Assembly (NCBI GenBank): GCA_963805855.1
Contig: CAWDVW010000006.1
Span: forward strand, 224,001 to 288,000
Source of the DNA: Candidatus Dadabacteria bacterium
GTDB taxonomy: Bacteria; Desulfobacterota_D; UBA1144; Nemesobacterales; CSP1-2
Reading direction: 5' to 3'
Length of the DNA: 64,000 nt
Under the pieces are notes generated by a model that had not been told where the DNA came from, ran no database searches, and saw only the letters and a list, made by a program, of their open reading frames with translations. The position numbers and the translations under genes were made by a program. Each line of letters starts with the position of its first letter. The first letter of the stretch is position 1. Positions 44,347 through 54,958 of the stretch are shown here, piece after piece.

Positions 44347-45630
44347 CTATAACAGCTTCCATTCAATTGTTGCTTCGGGATCGAATAACCCAACATGGAG
44401 TTGATCGGCTATAATCTGAAATGCCATGTAATCAAATCGACGATCGTATACCACATATTCCCCTTCTTCATAAGCCGCGGCTCCAAGGCAAAGGAGATAC
44501 TCTCCAGGATTGATATTAATTCTCTGTCTGAACGTCACTAAGATCACGTCATCCTTCTCAAGCTGTCCAATCATTACATTGTGGTAGTAGGTATTTGTTC
44601 CGCATAAAATTGTTCCTTTGGGATCTTTTATTGAGAAAGCGATGATAGCCGAAGGCATGTTTTCATTATAACGTACCTTGATTCTTATCAGATACTCATG
44701 GTTTCGTTCCAATACCTGAACCGGTTCGCTATTCAGGGTGAAAATGCCGGCTTCTAATATTTCAGCCTTTTTAGTTCCATACCGATCTTCATTTGGGTTG
44801 ACCTTAAATAGTTCCTGCCACTCCACTTCTCCGGATGGGGATTTATCTTGTGAATTGATATTATCGGATTTTCTAGTTTTTGACGTAAGGGCTATCTCGC
44901 TCCTGGAAACAATCAGCCTATTGTATTCATCTACAACCGGTTTGGGCTTGCCCTCTGCGATCAAGGCACCCCTATCGAACAGCAGAGCTCGATCACAAAA
45001 AGTCGTGATCAGATTCAAACTATGAGTCACAAATACGATGGTTACTCCTTTATCCTTGAATTCTTGAAACTTTGCAAAGCACCTCGCTTGGAACAGAGCA
45101 TCTCCAACAGAAAGGGCTTCATCCACGATCAGAATGTCTGGGTCAATATTTATTGCAGCAGCAAAAGCCAAGCGCACAAACATTCCGGTTGAATATGTTT
45201 TTACCGGCTGGTCAATAAACTTCCCAATCTCAGCAAAAGCCTCAATCTTAGGAAAACGCCGGTCCATCTCATCCCGATTGAATCCCATCAAGGCCCCGTT
45301 CATAAGAACATTTTCACGACCCGAAAATTCCGGGTTAAAGCCAGCGCCTAGTTCTAACAGCGCAGCGATACGACCGTTAACTTTTACTGATCCATTTGTC
45401 GGCTGGAGCACACCGCATATTATCTTCAACATTGTACTCTTGCCACTCCCGTTTTGACCAATTATACCAATGTGCTGGCCTTTCTCTACGTTGAAAGACA
45501 CATCATTGAGGGCATGGAAAGCCTGATGAAATCTCTTTCCGTCGGTACTAAAGACCTCGCGCAGTCGGTCCTTGGGCGAATTATACAATTTGTAAATTTT
45601 GGTAACGTTATTGACTTCGATCGCATTCAT
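44347..45630 (-). CDS. wzt: Polysaccharide ABC exporter ATPase with C-terminal carbohydrate-binding domain
   Basis: GQNGSGKST, YSTGM, DEALSVGD; C-terminal extension. Confidence 0.92.
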   Translation of the reverse strand: MNAIEVNNVTKIYKLYNSPKDRLREVFSTDGKRFHQAFHALNDVSFNVEKGQHIGIIGQNGSGKSTMLKIICGVLQPTNGSVKVNGRIAALLELGAGFNPEFSGRENVLMNGALMGFNRDEMDRRFPKIEAFAEIGKFIDQPVKTYSTGMFVRLAFAAAINIDPDILIVDEALSVGDALFQARCFAKFQEFKDKGVTIVFVTHSLNLITTFCDRALLFDRGALIAEGKPKPVVDEYNRLIVSRSEIALTSKTRKSDNINSQDKSPSGEVEWQELFKVNPNEDRYGTKKAEILEAGIFTLNSEPVQVLERNHEYLIRIKVRYNENMPSAIIAFSIKDPKGTILCGTNTYYHNVMIGQLEKDDVILVTFRQRININPGEYLLCLGAAAYEEGEYVVYDRRFDYMAFQIIADQLHVGLFDPEATIEWKLL

Positions 45631-45641
45631 GTTCAAACTCA

Positions 45642-45885
45642 CAAGATGCATGATTCAAGATTCATGATGCACGATATACCAGGCACGATGATTTTTTATA
45701 ATTGCCTCTCTGAAGTTAAATCGCTTTGCATCTTATCTCCCATCGCTATTACTAAGCTCATCAAAAACTTCTTTTTTAAGAAATTCTGTCTCATTCAGTA
45801 TCTCTAAATGAACTTTACTTTCATCGCGATTTCGCCTTTTTCGTCCTGTATCCTGCATCATGTATCCTGTATCATGCATCCTGTA
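45642..45885 (-). pseudogene. Four-helix-bundle protein remnant flanked by inverted heptamer arrays
   Basis: Arrays 45642-45676 and 45844-45885; between them DESKVHLEILNETEFLKKEVFDEL..*..FNFREAIIKNH. Confidence 0.6.
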
Positions 45886-45894
45886 CTTTCATTG

Positions 45895-46713
45895 TCATAG
45901 TACATCTCCGAAGGCGGGTTTTAATTTTTTAAAGATGAGCCCTCCGATTGCAAATGTGAATAGACTGAGTAAAAAGAGGTACGAAACGCCTTCGATATTT
46001 ATATTGATATCGGCTGTTCGCAAAAGACTTACACGATACCCTTCTATCGAATATATAATTGGGTTCAATCCGTAAACACCTTGCCAAAATTTAGGAATAA
46101 GATGCCGAGGGTAAATTATCGGCGTCAGAAAAAACCAGACGTTTACAAAAACTCCTATGATTTGCCCGATGTCTCGCAGAAAAACGTTGAGTGCAGAGAG
46201 CATCCAAGATAATCCGAGAGCAAATATTGCAGTTGTGAGTAATATTGGAATGATCAATAGAATTTTTAATGTTATACTATACCCAAAAAACACAAGAAGA
46301 CCGATAAAAATCACCACACCGATTAAGTGATTGATAATGGCTGCAATAAGAAGTGTAAAAGGCAATATCTCAGATGGAAATACGGTCTTACTGACCAAGC
46401 TCGACTGCTCTAGGACCGCTCCTGGAGATCGAGTTAAGACATCCGCGAAAAACATCCAAGGCAGTAGACCGGCTACCAGCCAAACTGCGAAATTGGTTCC
46501 ACCGTATTCGGGTCCTAATTTTATTTTTAAAATTACAGAAAACACAAAATAGTAAATGAGAAGTTGTGTTAGAGGATGAATGATTGACCAGAAAATCCCA
46601 AGAAATGATCCAACATGCCTTGCACGGATGTCACGGATTGCCATGCTCCAGATCATATACCTATTCCTATAAACACTAATAGTAAAATTTAAGAAATCCC
46701 TTAAAATTTGCAT
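45895..46713 (-). CDS. wzm: Polysaccharide ABC exporter permease
   Basis: GSFLGIFW, KTVFPSE, RDIGQ, FLTPIIYP, LNP. Confidence 0.92.
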   Translation of the reverse strand: MQILRDFLNFTISVYRNRYMIWSMAIRDIRARHVGSFLGIFWSIIHPLTQLLIYYFVFSVILKIKLGPEYGGTNFAVWLVAGLLPWMFFADVLTRSPGAVLEQSSLVSKTVFPSEILPFTLLIAAIINHLIGVVIFIGLLVFFGYSITLKILLIIPILLTTAIFALGLSWMLSALNVFLRDIGQIIGVFVNVWFFLTPIIYPRHLIPKFWQGVYGLNPIIYSIEGYRVSLLRTADININIEGVSYLFLLSLFTFAIGGLIFKKLKPAFGDVL

Positions 46714-47210
46714 TTGCGCTAATTAATCCGCGGTGCAATTCTGACTTGCCTATATTTAAGGCACAAAATAACATTCCGTTAAATTCATCGTATCGGAATT
46801 TCATCCATAGCATTTTTCGGTATGCCGATATTCGATATATGGTCAGATACAATAATTAATGGCTTTCATTGACGTGAGAGTAGAATGGGTCTAGTCCCGC
46901 TCTCGCAAATTGGATTCGATCTGTTGACATTAGCTAAAAAAAATCTCATCTGCAGATATCAATAAACCTTCACAGCTACTAACTTAAGATTATTGCTTAC
47001 GTTAGTTTACTTTACTTAGATTGACGTTATAAGCACATCCACTGCCATCGCATGTATATATCATTCGCACAAGTTATCCCTTCAAATTGGGCGGCCACAA
47101 GTTTAAGCGGAATCGAATCTGAAAGAGTATTATATTGTCTAACATTGAATACACATTTTCAATGGCATTCTTGATAATTACCAATTCTGAAGCTTGTTTG
47201 TAACTAATAT

Positions 47211-48788
47211 TCACGTAGGAGGTATGTTCCGACGGAGGAATTGCTCGTTGCTCGGCAATTGAGGTGTCTCAACAGGCTCGAAATTTGTCATAATGTATCT
47301 CCACACGAGGGAATGAGTATTGCGAAAGCGAAGATCATCCCGTCCATCTAATGCTACATCACGCAGAAGAACCCAGTTTACTCTATTATTTGTCAAATCT
47401 TGAATCATAATTTTCTGCTTGTCAATGGTTTCCCGATGAAGTAGATACGTATCATATACGGGGGCCTTGAGTTTTAAGATTGCGTAAAGACCAGGCGAAA
47501 AAGGTGCAATGAGTAATCCTTCGCGTGGAGCAACATGCTGGGCAACCAGTCGCTTGACAATGTCAATATAATCGGCCTGGTCTTTTGGCAGCCAAAGCTG
47601 ATCACCATTGATGCTATACTGAATTAGTTGATCATTAAATCGGAGTTTGAACATATACGGGTTATCTGTAACGATCATGGCAAAAACAGTGCCAGTAAGA
47701 ATTAAAACCACTAGACCTACAGCCAAGCCTTTATGATGATGTAAGATCAATGTATATAGCAGAGCCACGGAACCTAACAAGAATGGATGGATACTCTCAT
47801 CGAGATGTGGAAGGTCAGCCCGGCTAAAAGCGTGATGCAGGTAAAATATTCCTACAAAGGAAGAGGCAATTAGTAACGAATTACGTTGGACATCACTTGA
47901 TTTGCACCTTAACGACCATATGATTGAAAAAACATAAAAAATCGGAATAACCAAAAAGAACAAACCCAAGAAGAAACTGGATGCGCCGTTTAATATATCC
48001 AATTGAGTATAGTCAACAGTCCAAGGCCAGGGGACCGGTAAAAATATATTGGTATGGATAAATCCATTTTTAAGATGTTTTAATACTTTAACAAGGAACG
48101 CATCGTACATACCAGAAACAAAAAGCAGCATAAGCAGCATAGGAATATACCCTGCGATAATCCCGGCACTCCAGACTCCGTATCGCCTAAGTATGTTACT
48201 TTGCTTTTCCTTCAGCCACATAAAAAGTATGAGCATAAAAAATGCCAAGAAGGTATACAAGCCATGATTACGCCCCATCAGTGCCGCCAGGCCGACAAAT
48301 AAGCCGGAAAAGAAATAACGTTTAGAGACTGGTTCTTCGATTAGACAGACCGCTATATAAACTGCTGCCATGGCAACGCTAGGCTCAAATAACTTTTGCC
48401 AATGATACATATTCTGCATCCACACTAGTAATAATAACCCCACGAAACCTAATACCCACCAGTTTTTAACGACTCGTCTAGCGGCTAACAGTCCTAAGGT
48501 TAAACCTATTACCTGAAACATAGCTAAGGACAGCCGGAAGGCCATAATTCCCTGCCCAAATATTAAACCCCATGCTGCACCCCAGTAATATCGCCCAGGA
48601 TCATAGGACCGAAAATCTAACATGGGGATATCACCAGCCGCCGTGCGAATAGTTCCATACCACACATAGCCTTCATCAGCCAAGTTCAAACCAATATTGG
48701 CTTGGAGTAAAAAAGAGAGGCTTACGAGGACCAGAGCAATTAGAAGCGTATACAAAACTTCATGCTGCTGTGATTTATCTGCTGTCAT
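47211..48788 (-). CDS. GT-C-like membrane protein
   Basis: LADEG after TM1, YDPGRY, many TMs, C-terminal soluble domain. Confidence 0.7.
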   Translation of the reverse strand: MTADKSQQHEVLYTLLIALVLVSLSFLLQANIGLNLADEGYVWYGTIRTAAGDIPMLDFRSYDPGRYYWGAAWGLIFGQGIMAFRLSLAMFQVIGLTLGLLAARRVVKNWWVLGFVGLLLLVWMQNMYHWQKLFEPSVAMAAVYIAVCLIEEPVSKRYFFSGLFVGLAALMGRNHGLYTFLAFFMLILFMWLKEKQSNILRRYGVWSAGIIAGYIPMLLMLLFVSGMYDAFLVKVLKHLKNGFIHTNIFLPVPWPWTVDYTQLDILNGASSFFLGLFFLVIPIFYVFSIIWSLRCKSSDVQRNSLLIASSFVGIFYLHHAFSRADLPHLDESIHPFLLGSVALLYTLILHHHKGLAVGLVVLILTGTVFAMIVTDNPYMFKLRFNDQLIQYSINGDQLWLPKDQADYIDIVKRLVAQHVAPREGLLIAPFSPGLYAILKLKAPVYDTYLLHRETIDKQKIMIQDLTNNRVNWVLLRDVALDGRDDLRFRNTHSLVWRYIMTNFEPVETPQLPSNEQFLRRNIPPT

Positions 48789-49051
48789 ATTTATGGTAAG
48801 TCCGTGTGGTTAGTTATCTCTTCGAGCTATGAAACCAAAATGCTTCGTAATTTCAGCGCTAAGCTGATTCTTGGATGACGCAAATTTATCTAGTAGATAT
48901 AAATGAATATTGATACAAAATAATTTGACCGATATCTGTGAAATCTCTTTCTTGCTAACTGGCGGCTTTAGTTACTTCCTTAACTGTATCCGAATATAAT
49001 TGACTATCAGACCTGGTTATGGGAGGCCAGAATATTAAAGGCTAGTGGTGA

Positions 49052-50185
49052 TTACCCTCCGAGAATTGTATAAACAGCTTCAACGACCCGTCCAATGTCT
49101 CTCTCTTCCATCCCGACCCACAGCGGTAAGCGAATCAAACAATTGCTTGCTAATTGCGTGTGTGGTAGATCAGCACTGGCCCTTCCATATCTTTTGCCAG
49201 CCGGAGCCGTGTGCAGGGGAACATAGTGAAAGAAAGCTTGAATGCCGGCCGCCTCCAAGTGTTCCAATACTAACGTACGATGTTCAAAACTAGGTAAAAT
49301 CAGGTAATATAAATGCCCATTGTGCCGACATTCAGTAGGAACAATGGGGCGACGTACCTGCTTTTGTCCTTCTAGTTCGACAAATGCCTGGTGATAGTGT
49401 CTCCATATATCCAACCTATGTTGAGTAATGAGTTCTGCTCCCTCCAATTGCGCATAGAGATAAGCAGCCGTGATTTCACTGGGCAGAAACGATGAACCTA
49501 TATCAACCCACGTGTACTTATCAACCTGGCCGCGAAAGAATTGACTTCGGTTTGTGCCTTTCTCCCAAATAATCTCAGCCCGCTCAGCCAAATTTGGATA
49601 GTTAATGAGCAGGGCTCCTCCATGACCCGAGATAAGATTTTTGCTCTCGTGAAAACTAAGCGTGGCCATGTGACCTATGCTACCCAGTGGACGCTCCTTA
49701 TACGTAGACATGATTGTCTGAGCTGCATCCTCGATCACCAACAAACCGTAACGGTCAGCAATAGCCATAATGGCATCCATCTCGCAAGCCACGCCAGCGT
49801 AATGTACTGGCACGATGGCTTTGGTGCGGGAAGTAATAGCGGCTTCGATCTTAGTTTCGTCAAGATTGAGAGTATCATGGCGAATATCAACAAAGACCGG
49901 AACCCCGCCTCGGAGAGCAAAGGCGTTTGCTGTAGAGACAAACGTGTAAGAGGGCATGATCACTTCATCACCAGGCTGGATATCCCCGAGGATCGCGGCC
50001 ATCTCGAGAGCACCAGTGCAAGAGTGCGTTAAAAAGGCACGATGGCAACTGATTTGTCTTTCTAACCACGCATGACATTTCTTCGTGAACACTCCACTGC
50101 CCGACAGGTGTCCATTCGCAATGGCTTGTTGAATGTAATCTAACTCTCTTCCCACCAAGTGTGGGCGGTTGAAATAAATATACAC
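49052..50185 (-). CDS. wecE: dTDP-4-amino-4,6-dideoxygalactose transaminase
   Basis: THSCTGALEMAA, SFHESKN, EKGTNRSQFFRGQVDKYTW, HYVPLH. Confidence 0.88.
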   Translation of the reverse strand: MYIYFNRPHLVGRELDYIQQAIANGHLSGSGVFTKKCHAWLERQISCHRAFLTHSCTGALEMAAILGDIQPGDEVIMPSYTFVSTANAFALRGGVPVFVDIRHDTLNLDETKIEAAITSRTKAIVPVHYAGVACEMDAIMAIADRYGLLVIEDAAQTIMSTYKERPLGSIGHMATLSFHESKNLISGHGGALLINYPNLAERAEIIWEKGTNRSQFFRGQVDKYTWVDIGSSFLPSEITAAYLYAQLEGAELITQHRLDIWRHYHQAFVELEGQKQVRRPIVPTECRHNGHLYYLILPSFEHRTLVLEHLEAAGIQAFFHYVPLHTAPAGKRYGRASADLPHTQLASNCLIRLPLWVGMEERDIGRVVEAVYTILGG

Positions 50186-50657
50186 TTAGCTCAACCTTCT
50201 AGACTATTTGGCGATTGACGAAGGCATTTCTGGATATAAAGAAGTGTTTGCAAAAATACGAATTGGAGGAAGGATCTTAACCATAGCAGTAATCAAGAAA
50301 ATCGCGTATGTAACTTACCGGTCGCTATTCCCGTTGGTCCCACATAGAGTATACATCGCAGTTCTTCTAGATTTGTAGCAATGAGCGGCCGATAAAACGT
50401 GATTTTATTTGTGAGTGACTCCCATTCGTTAGTTTCCGAATTTTCTTTTGTTTGTAGCTAATTGAAGCAAAGAAAGAATTGACCGTAGCAAGTAGCTTGT
50501 TTGTACCGAGCAGATAACATGGTGATTAGTCAACAATCATTAATGAGGCAAAAGAGTTGTGTGACTCCAATACTGCTGGCAGAGGAAAATCATACAGTAA
50601 ACGAAATGATGATTTAGAATGGATGATCACATCCTATATTCAACATCATGAATTATA

Positions 50658-51299
50658 TTACACTGAGTGTAACTTAAAGGCCTTAAGAAAATATTGATAA
50701 GCCGGTTTTGAAATAAAAGGTCGCATCTTTGTCCAGTAATGTACCATTTGTATTTTATACTCGATTGATCTTTCTTTGAGTCGGTCTAAAGACTCCAAAT
50801 TGTTTGCTGTATTAATTTCTAGCAAAATACTAAATTCTTTTAATGTGATTGGGTAGTTTTCTTCGTGAAATCTATCATAGAAATCGATACGGTTGGTACC
50901 ATTATTCAACTTGTCGATATTGCTGTACAAATCCTTTCTGTCACAAGCACAAAATAAATAGGCATAGTGCTCACTCTCATCCCCGATAAGCGCACGAACT
51001 TGATCTCTTGCCTCAAAAGATAGACACTGGTAAATAAATCTTTCCGTTCCATAGATGCTGTGAAAGAGTCCCGCCAGACAAATTGTTTCTACATTACCCC
51101 AACTTAATAGTAAATTGTATGTGCTGATTAAATGATCAAGCAAAGACCTATCCTTGGCATATGTAACTTTGCTTACAGAATGTGTCTCAAGAAACTCGAG
51201 TATTGGGGCTGAAATTTTACTGGTATCCTCTAACAATCCTAAGTCAGAAATCATATATTTATTGGTATTTTCACCTTTAGTGTCTTTGAATAAGGACAT
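50658..51299 (-). CDS. DUF6817-like HD-fold protein
   Basis: RSLLDHL..TY.LL.WG....CLAGLFHSIYGTE. Confidence 0.7.
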   Translation of the reverse strand: MSLFKDTKGENTNKYMISDLGLLEDTSKISAPILEFLETHSVSKVTYAKDRSLLDHLISTYNLLLSWGNVETICLAGLFHSIYGTERFIYQCLSFEARDQVRALIGDESEHYAYLFCACDRKDLYSNIDKLNNGTNRIDFYDRFHEENYPITLKEFSILLEINTANNLESLDRLKERSIEYKIQMVHYWTKMRPFISKPAYQYFLKAFKLHSV

Positions 51300-52026
51300 T
51301 ACTTATACTGTTCTCCCTTAATGGCTTTCTAGAAATCAGATATTAACTCATTTTATGCATAAACCTTTTCTTTTCTCATTATTTCGCAACGATAAGCTCA
51401 ATCGAGTCATACCTTTCCTGACTAGCCACATTTTTCCTTGAAAACAAGCCTTCTTTCCTCCAAGCATAGTCTTATATCTGGCTCGTCGTTGCCCTTTTCT
51501 TGTGAATTGACGAACGTCACCTGTTAAGGCTCCTACTTGCATCTCCTTTAACTTCCGATTTCAATATCCTCTCTGTTGCTTTAGCCAAGCTAGAGTCTCA
51601 ATCCTCCTCTCTGGTTCTTAATATATCTTATGGTAAGCCCGGTACGAAACGGATGCGTCGTTTAGTTCGATATAGCTTCAGTGTAGTCAACAGTCCGATG
51701 CTTCGGCCAATAGAACCCACCGTAGTTATTCGACAGCGATGCGTCCTTAAGCACCGGACAATCATTTAATACTAATCTCAGCTGCGTACGCCCCATGTTC
51801 GGAGGCCGACTAGTCGACCTATCCCCAGCCCTCTTCCCAGGAAATTTCGGCTATGAAATCTGCACGGTGCCTACTGGGCATTCCTGCCAATTTAGGTGAA
51901 ACTTATATTGACCCGTTGTCTTTCACAGCCCTGAATTTTAGGACTACTTTCCAATTCTATCAACGTTTTAATGGACTTCTTGGCCATGAAATCTCACATA
52001 TTCATAGTTTAGGAACAATACCAGCA

Positions 52027-53286
52027 TCACCACTCGACACCTTCGATGCCTGTTGGTGTCTCAACCTCTACCACTAGGGTTTCCTGAATTGTACTAATTG
52101 TCTCTTGGCAAGCCAATCTATCTTTGCCGTAAACTAAAATTGGCCCCAGTCTCATTGTTTTATCTGTAATTCGCCTTATTCGTCTGCCGACCTCAAGATC
52201 TGAAAAGTACGCTTTATGCACTCCCGACAAGGATTTGACCTTGTCGATGCCACTTATCTGACAAATGATCCCTTCGGGAAGATAAAAACATACATAACCG
52301 GCAGCCACACGTTCATAAAGTTTACTTTTGTCAATCACAACATTTTTTTGTCTTCCAGAGGCGAGCTCGACGAGGAGAGAATTCACATTTAGACCACACA
52401 CGAGAGGTACCAAATCAGAAGAGACAAAAACCCCGCCACCCCGTATTGCGGTCTCAATCAAACGTACCTCACCGGTCTCACTGTTAACTAAATAGTCACT
52501 GTGCGTGATACCAAATCTTGGCCCAAAACCTTTAATAAGACGAAAATTCAAGTCCAGAACCTTCTGCTTCAAATCTGCTCTGAGAAGGGATGGGAACATT
52601 ATTCGCTTCGGGATGAACATGTCAGGAAAATCAAAGTAATACGCATCGCCAATCGCCAAATTCGAAAACGCAAAGTCTGATGCAAAGCCTTCTACTCTTA
52701 CTCCCTTTCCGGAAAAGAATTCTTCCAAGATGACTAGCCCACAAGTAGAATAGGCTTTAGCATTTTTAAACTTATCCTCAAGCTCGTCTTTATGGTGCAC
52801 CATACTGACTCCACGGCTGCCTTGGCTATCAACAGGCTTAATTACTAGGGGAAAGCCAAGATCCTCTCCTTTTTCACGGGCTTCCTTTAGTGACGAAGCC
52901 TGAGAATATTTTGGGACTGGAACACCAATCACTTCACAAAATTGACGCATCTTGTACTTATTAGTAAAACGCAGGGCGCAATCATACCCAATACCCGGCA
53001 ACCCTAATTGTTCAGCAACATAAGCGACAGCGGAAACAGAAGTATCTGTTTGATCGGTCAATATTCCACATATCCCTTCTAGCCTAGCAATCTCAAGTAT
53101 CCTCTCTTTTTCGCGTACATCGACTTCGTGATATCTATCCGCGATTGAAAATCCGGGGTAATTGCCAGAAATGCTAACCGCTATTGTCTCGAATCCCATT
53201 TGCTGCGCTTTTCTGATTATCGGGACCTGATATTTCCCAGCTCCAAGGATCATTAACTTCTGCTTGCTCATCAATGTTAATTTCAT
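52027..53286 (-). CDS. ATP-grasp domain protein
   Basis: ILGAGKYQ, NKYKMR, VIKPVDSQGSRGV, EEF, IETAIRGGG. Confidence 0.85.
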   Translation of the reverse strand: MKLTLMSKQKLMILGAGKYQVPIIRKAQQMGFETIAVSISGNYPGFSIADRYHEVDVREKERILEIARLEGICGILTDQTDTSVSAVAYVAEQLGLPGIGYDCALRFTNKYKMRQFCEVIGVPVPKYSQASSLKEAREKGEDLGFPLVIKPVDSQGSRGVSMVHHKDELEDKFKNAKAYSTCGLVILEEFFSGKGVRVEGFASDFAFSNLAIGDAYYFDFPDMFIPKRIMFPSLLRADLKQKVLDLNFRLIKGFGPRFGITHSDYLVNSETGEVRLIETAIRGGGVFVSSDLVPLVCGLNVNSLLVELASGRQKNVVIDKSKLYERVAAGYVCFYLPEGIICQISGIDKVKSLSGVHKAYFSDLEVGRRIRRITDKTMRLGPILVYGKDRLACQETISTIQETLVVEVETPTGIEGVEW

Positions 53287-53474
53287 TTGTTTAGAATATC
53301 CAATAGTCTAATCACCTGTAACCAATTCAAGAAGAGTTTTACACAGGTATTATTCATGGTCTCGAGTCAAAAAGGCTGCGCAGGTAGTTAATGAGCAGGG
53401 CCTTCACCACAAAGAGCGTGTTTGGTTTCGTTGGAGATTAAGTTTGCCTAATGACCAATGCTATCCATCTACGC

Positions 53475-54422
53475 TCATTCTAGCTTAGGCTTCTGGTATA
53501 GCTTTCTGATAATGTAAGCAGGCCTACTTTCAATGCCTGCAATTATCCTCGTTAAATACTCACCGGTCACCCCTACTGAAAATAGGATTAGACCATTGGC
53601 AATTAAAACGACTAGAATTAGCGATGTCCAACCCGGAACAGATATATCAAATATTAAACTCCTGAAGATATAAAAAATGCTTAGTACAAGACTGATTACT
53701 GATACACTAATCCCTATAATGGTTATAATTCTTGGGAGGAAGGCAGAATTGTTAATCAATAAATTAGAAAAAGTTTGCAGCCCTTTGCTGAAGGAGTAAT
53801 TTGAATCTCCAAACTTTCGCGTGCCGTGCTCAACGTTAACAGTGGCGATATCCCGTGTGGTGTGCAGAATCAATGACGAAATAATTGGGTAGGGCGTTTT
53901 AATTCTTAACATCGATTTTACGATGGCTGACTTATAAAGCCTGAAGGGCCCCATTTGAATATGAGAGGGTTTACCGAGCAGTTTGTAGTCGAACCAGCCC
54001 TTGGTACTACTGGTAAGCTTCTTGAACCAAGAATGTTGTTTGGTAGCAAAGGCTCCCATAACAACATCATGTTCCTTTCTTTCTATAAATTTTGGTATAT
54101 CCTCTGGGAAATGTTGCAAGTCGTCATCTAGCGTGAAAATGTAATCTCCTTGGGCTTGTTCAAATCCACACATGACGGCACCAGGCTTACCAAAATTTCG
54201 CATCAGTTGAACGATTTTGACGTGATTATATTTATCTGCCAAGCATTTCATGGTCGGCCACGTTTCGGGATTTGGGGAACCATCATCGACCAATATAACC
54301 TCATACGTTTCGTGGACAATGTTACCGAAAACATTATCCAAACGCTCGACCAATTCGACTAACGATGTGGTACTGTTATAAACCGGAATCACCACGGAAT
54401 AGGTAGTTCTATCTAGAGACAT
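53475..54422 (-). CDS. GT2 glycosyltransferase (ArnC/GtrB-like)
   Basis: SVVIPVYN, RNFG, LDDDLQH, PGWTS, GEYL. Confidence 0.88.
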   Translation of the reverse strand: MSLDRTTYSVVIPVYNSTTSLVELVERLDNVFGNIVHETYEVILVDDGSPNPETWPTMKCLADKYNHVKIVQLMRNFGKPGAVMCGFEQAQGDYIFTLDDDLQHFPEDIPKFIERKEHDVVMGAFATKQHSWFKKLTSSTKGWFDYKLLGKPSHIQMGPFRLYKSAIVKSMLRIKTPYPIISSLILHTTRDIATVNVEHGTRKFGDSNYSFSKGLQTFSNLLINNSAFLPRIITIIGISVSVISLVLSIFYIFRSLIFDISVPGWTSLILVVLIANGLILFSVGVTGEYLTRIIAGIESRPAYIIRKLYQKPKLE

Positions 54423-54958
54423 TTCTAGTAGTTCGTAACATGGATTTAATTCTTTGGTAAGTCTTTGGAAAAATGTACTAAAGCATTTGGCTTTCTCCAT
54501 CTAAGTGGGTTTGGATATATCTCAGCCGCTGTATTTCTTCTCGAATTTGACTGGAAGTCCTCGGTTGCTCTCACAACAGGCCCCGCAATGTCAAAATGAT
54601 GAATAGATTTTGTTAGGGAGCATAAAAAGATGACGGGTAAAATAGTTTAGAGCTTAAATTCACGGGTGATTGAGGAGCCTACCTTTTTAATTACAGTGGC
54701 CTTGGCCAATTTCCCTTTTGATCAGCATCCTTGTTTATGTTACGAAATCTCAAACACCTCTGGTGGGAATTGTAATACCTCGCAGTCGAGTATCCTTGTT
54801 AAAAGACCGTAAAATGCACCGCGTCAGTTGTTACACTCAGACTCTGTCATGCAGGTCTTGTTAAGTCGCGACCTTGAAATCATTAGCTGGAGAAGTTTTT
54901 TGTAAAAGTTGCAATACCAGCTTTCTTTTCAGTTTCCGACAAGATTTAAGAAGTAAGC

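Noticed and set aside
51348-52020. ORF 51348-51542 and the adjacent intergenic stretch
   Set aside because: No recognisable motif or RNA structure found by eye
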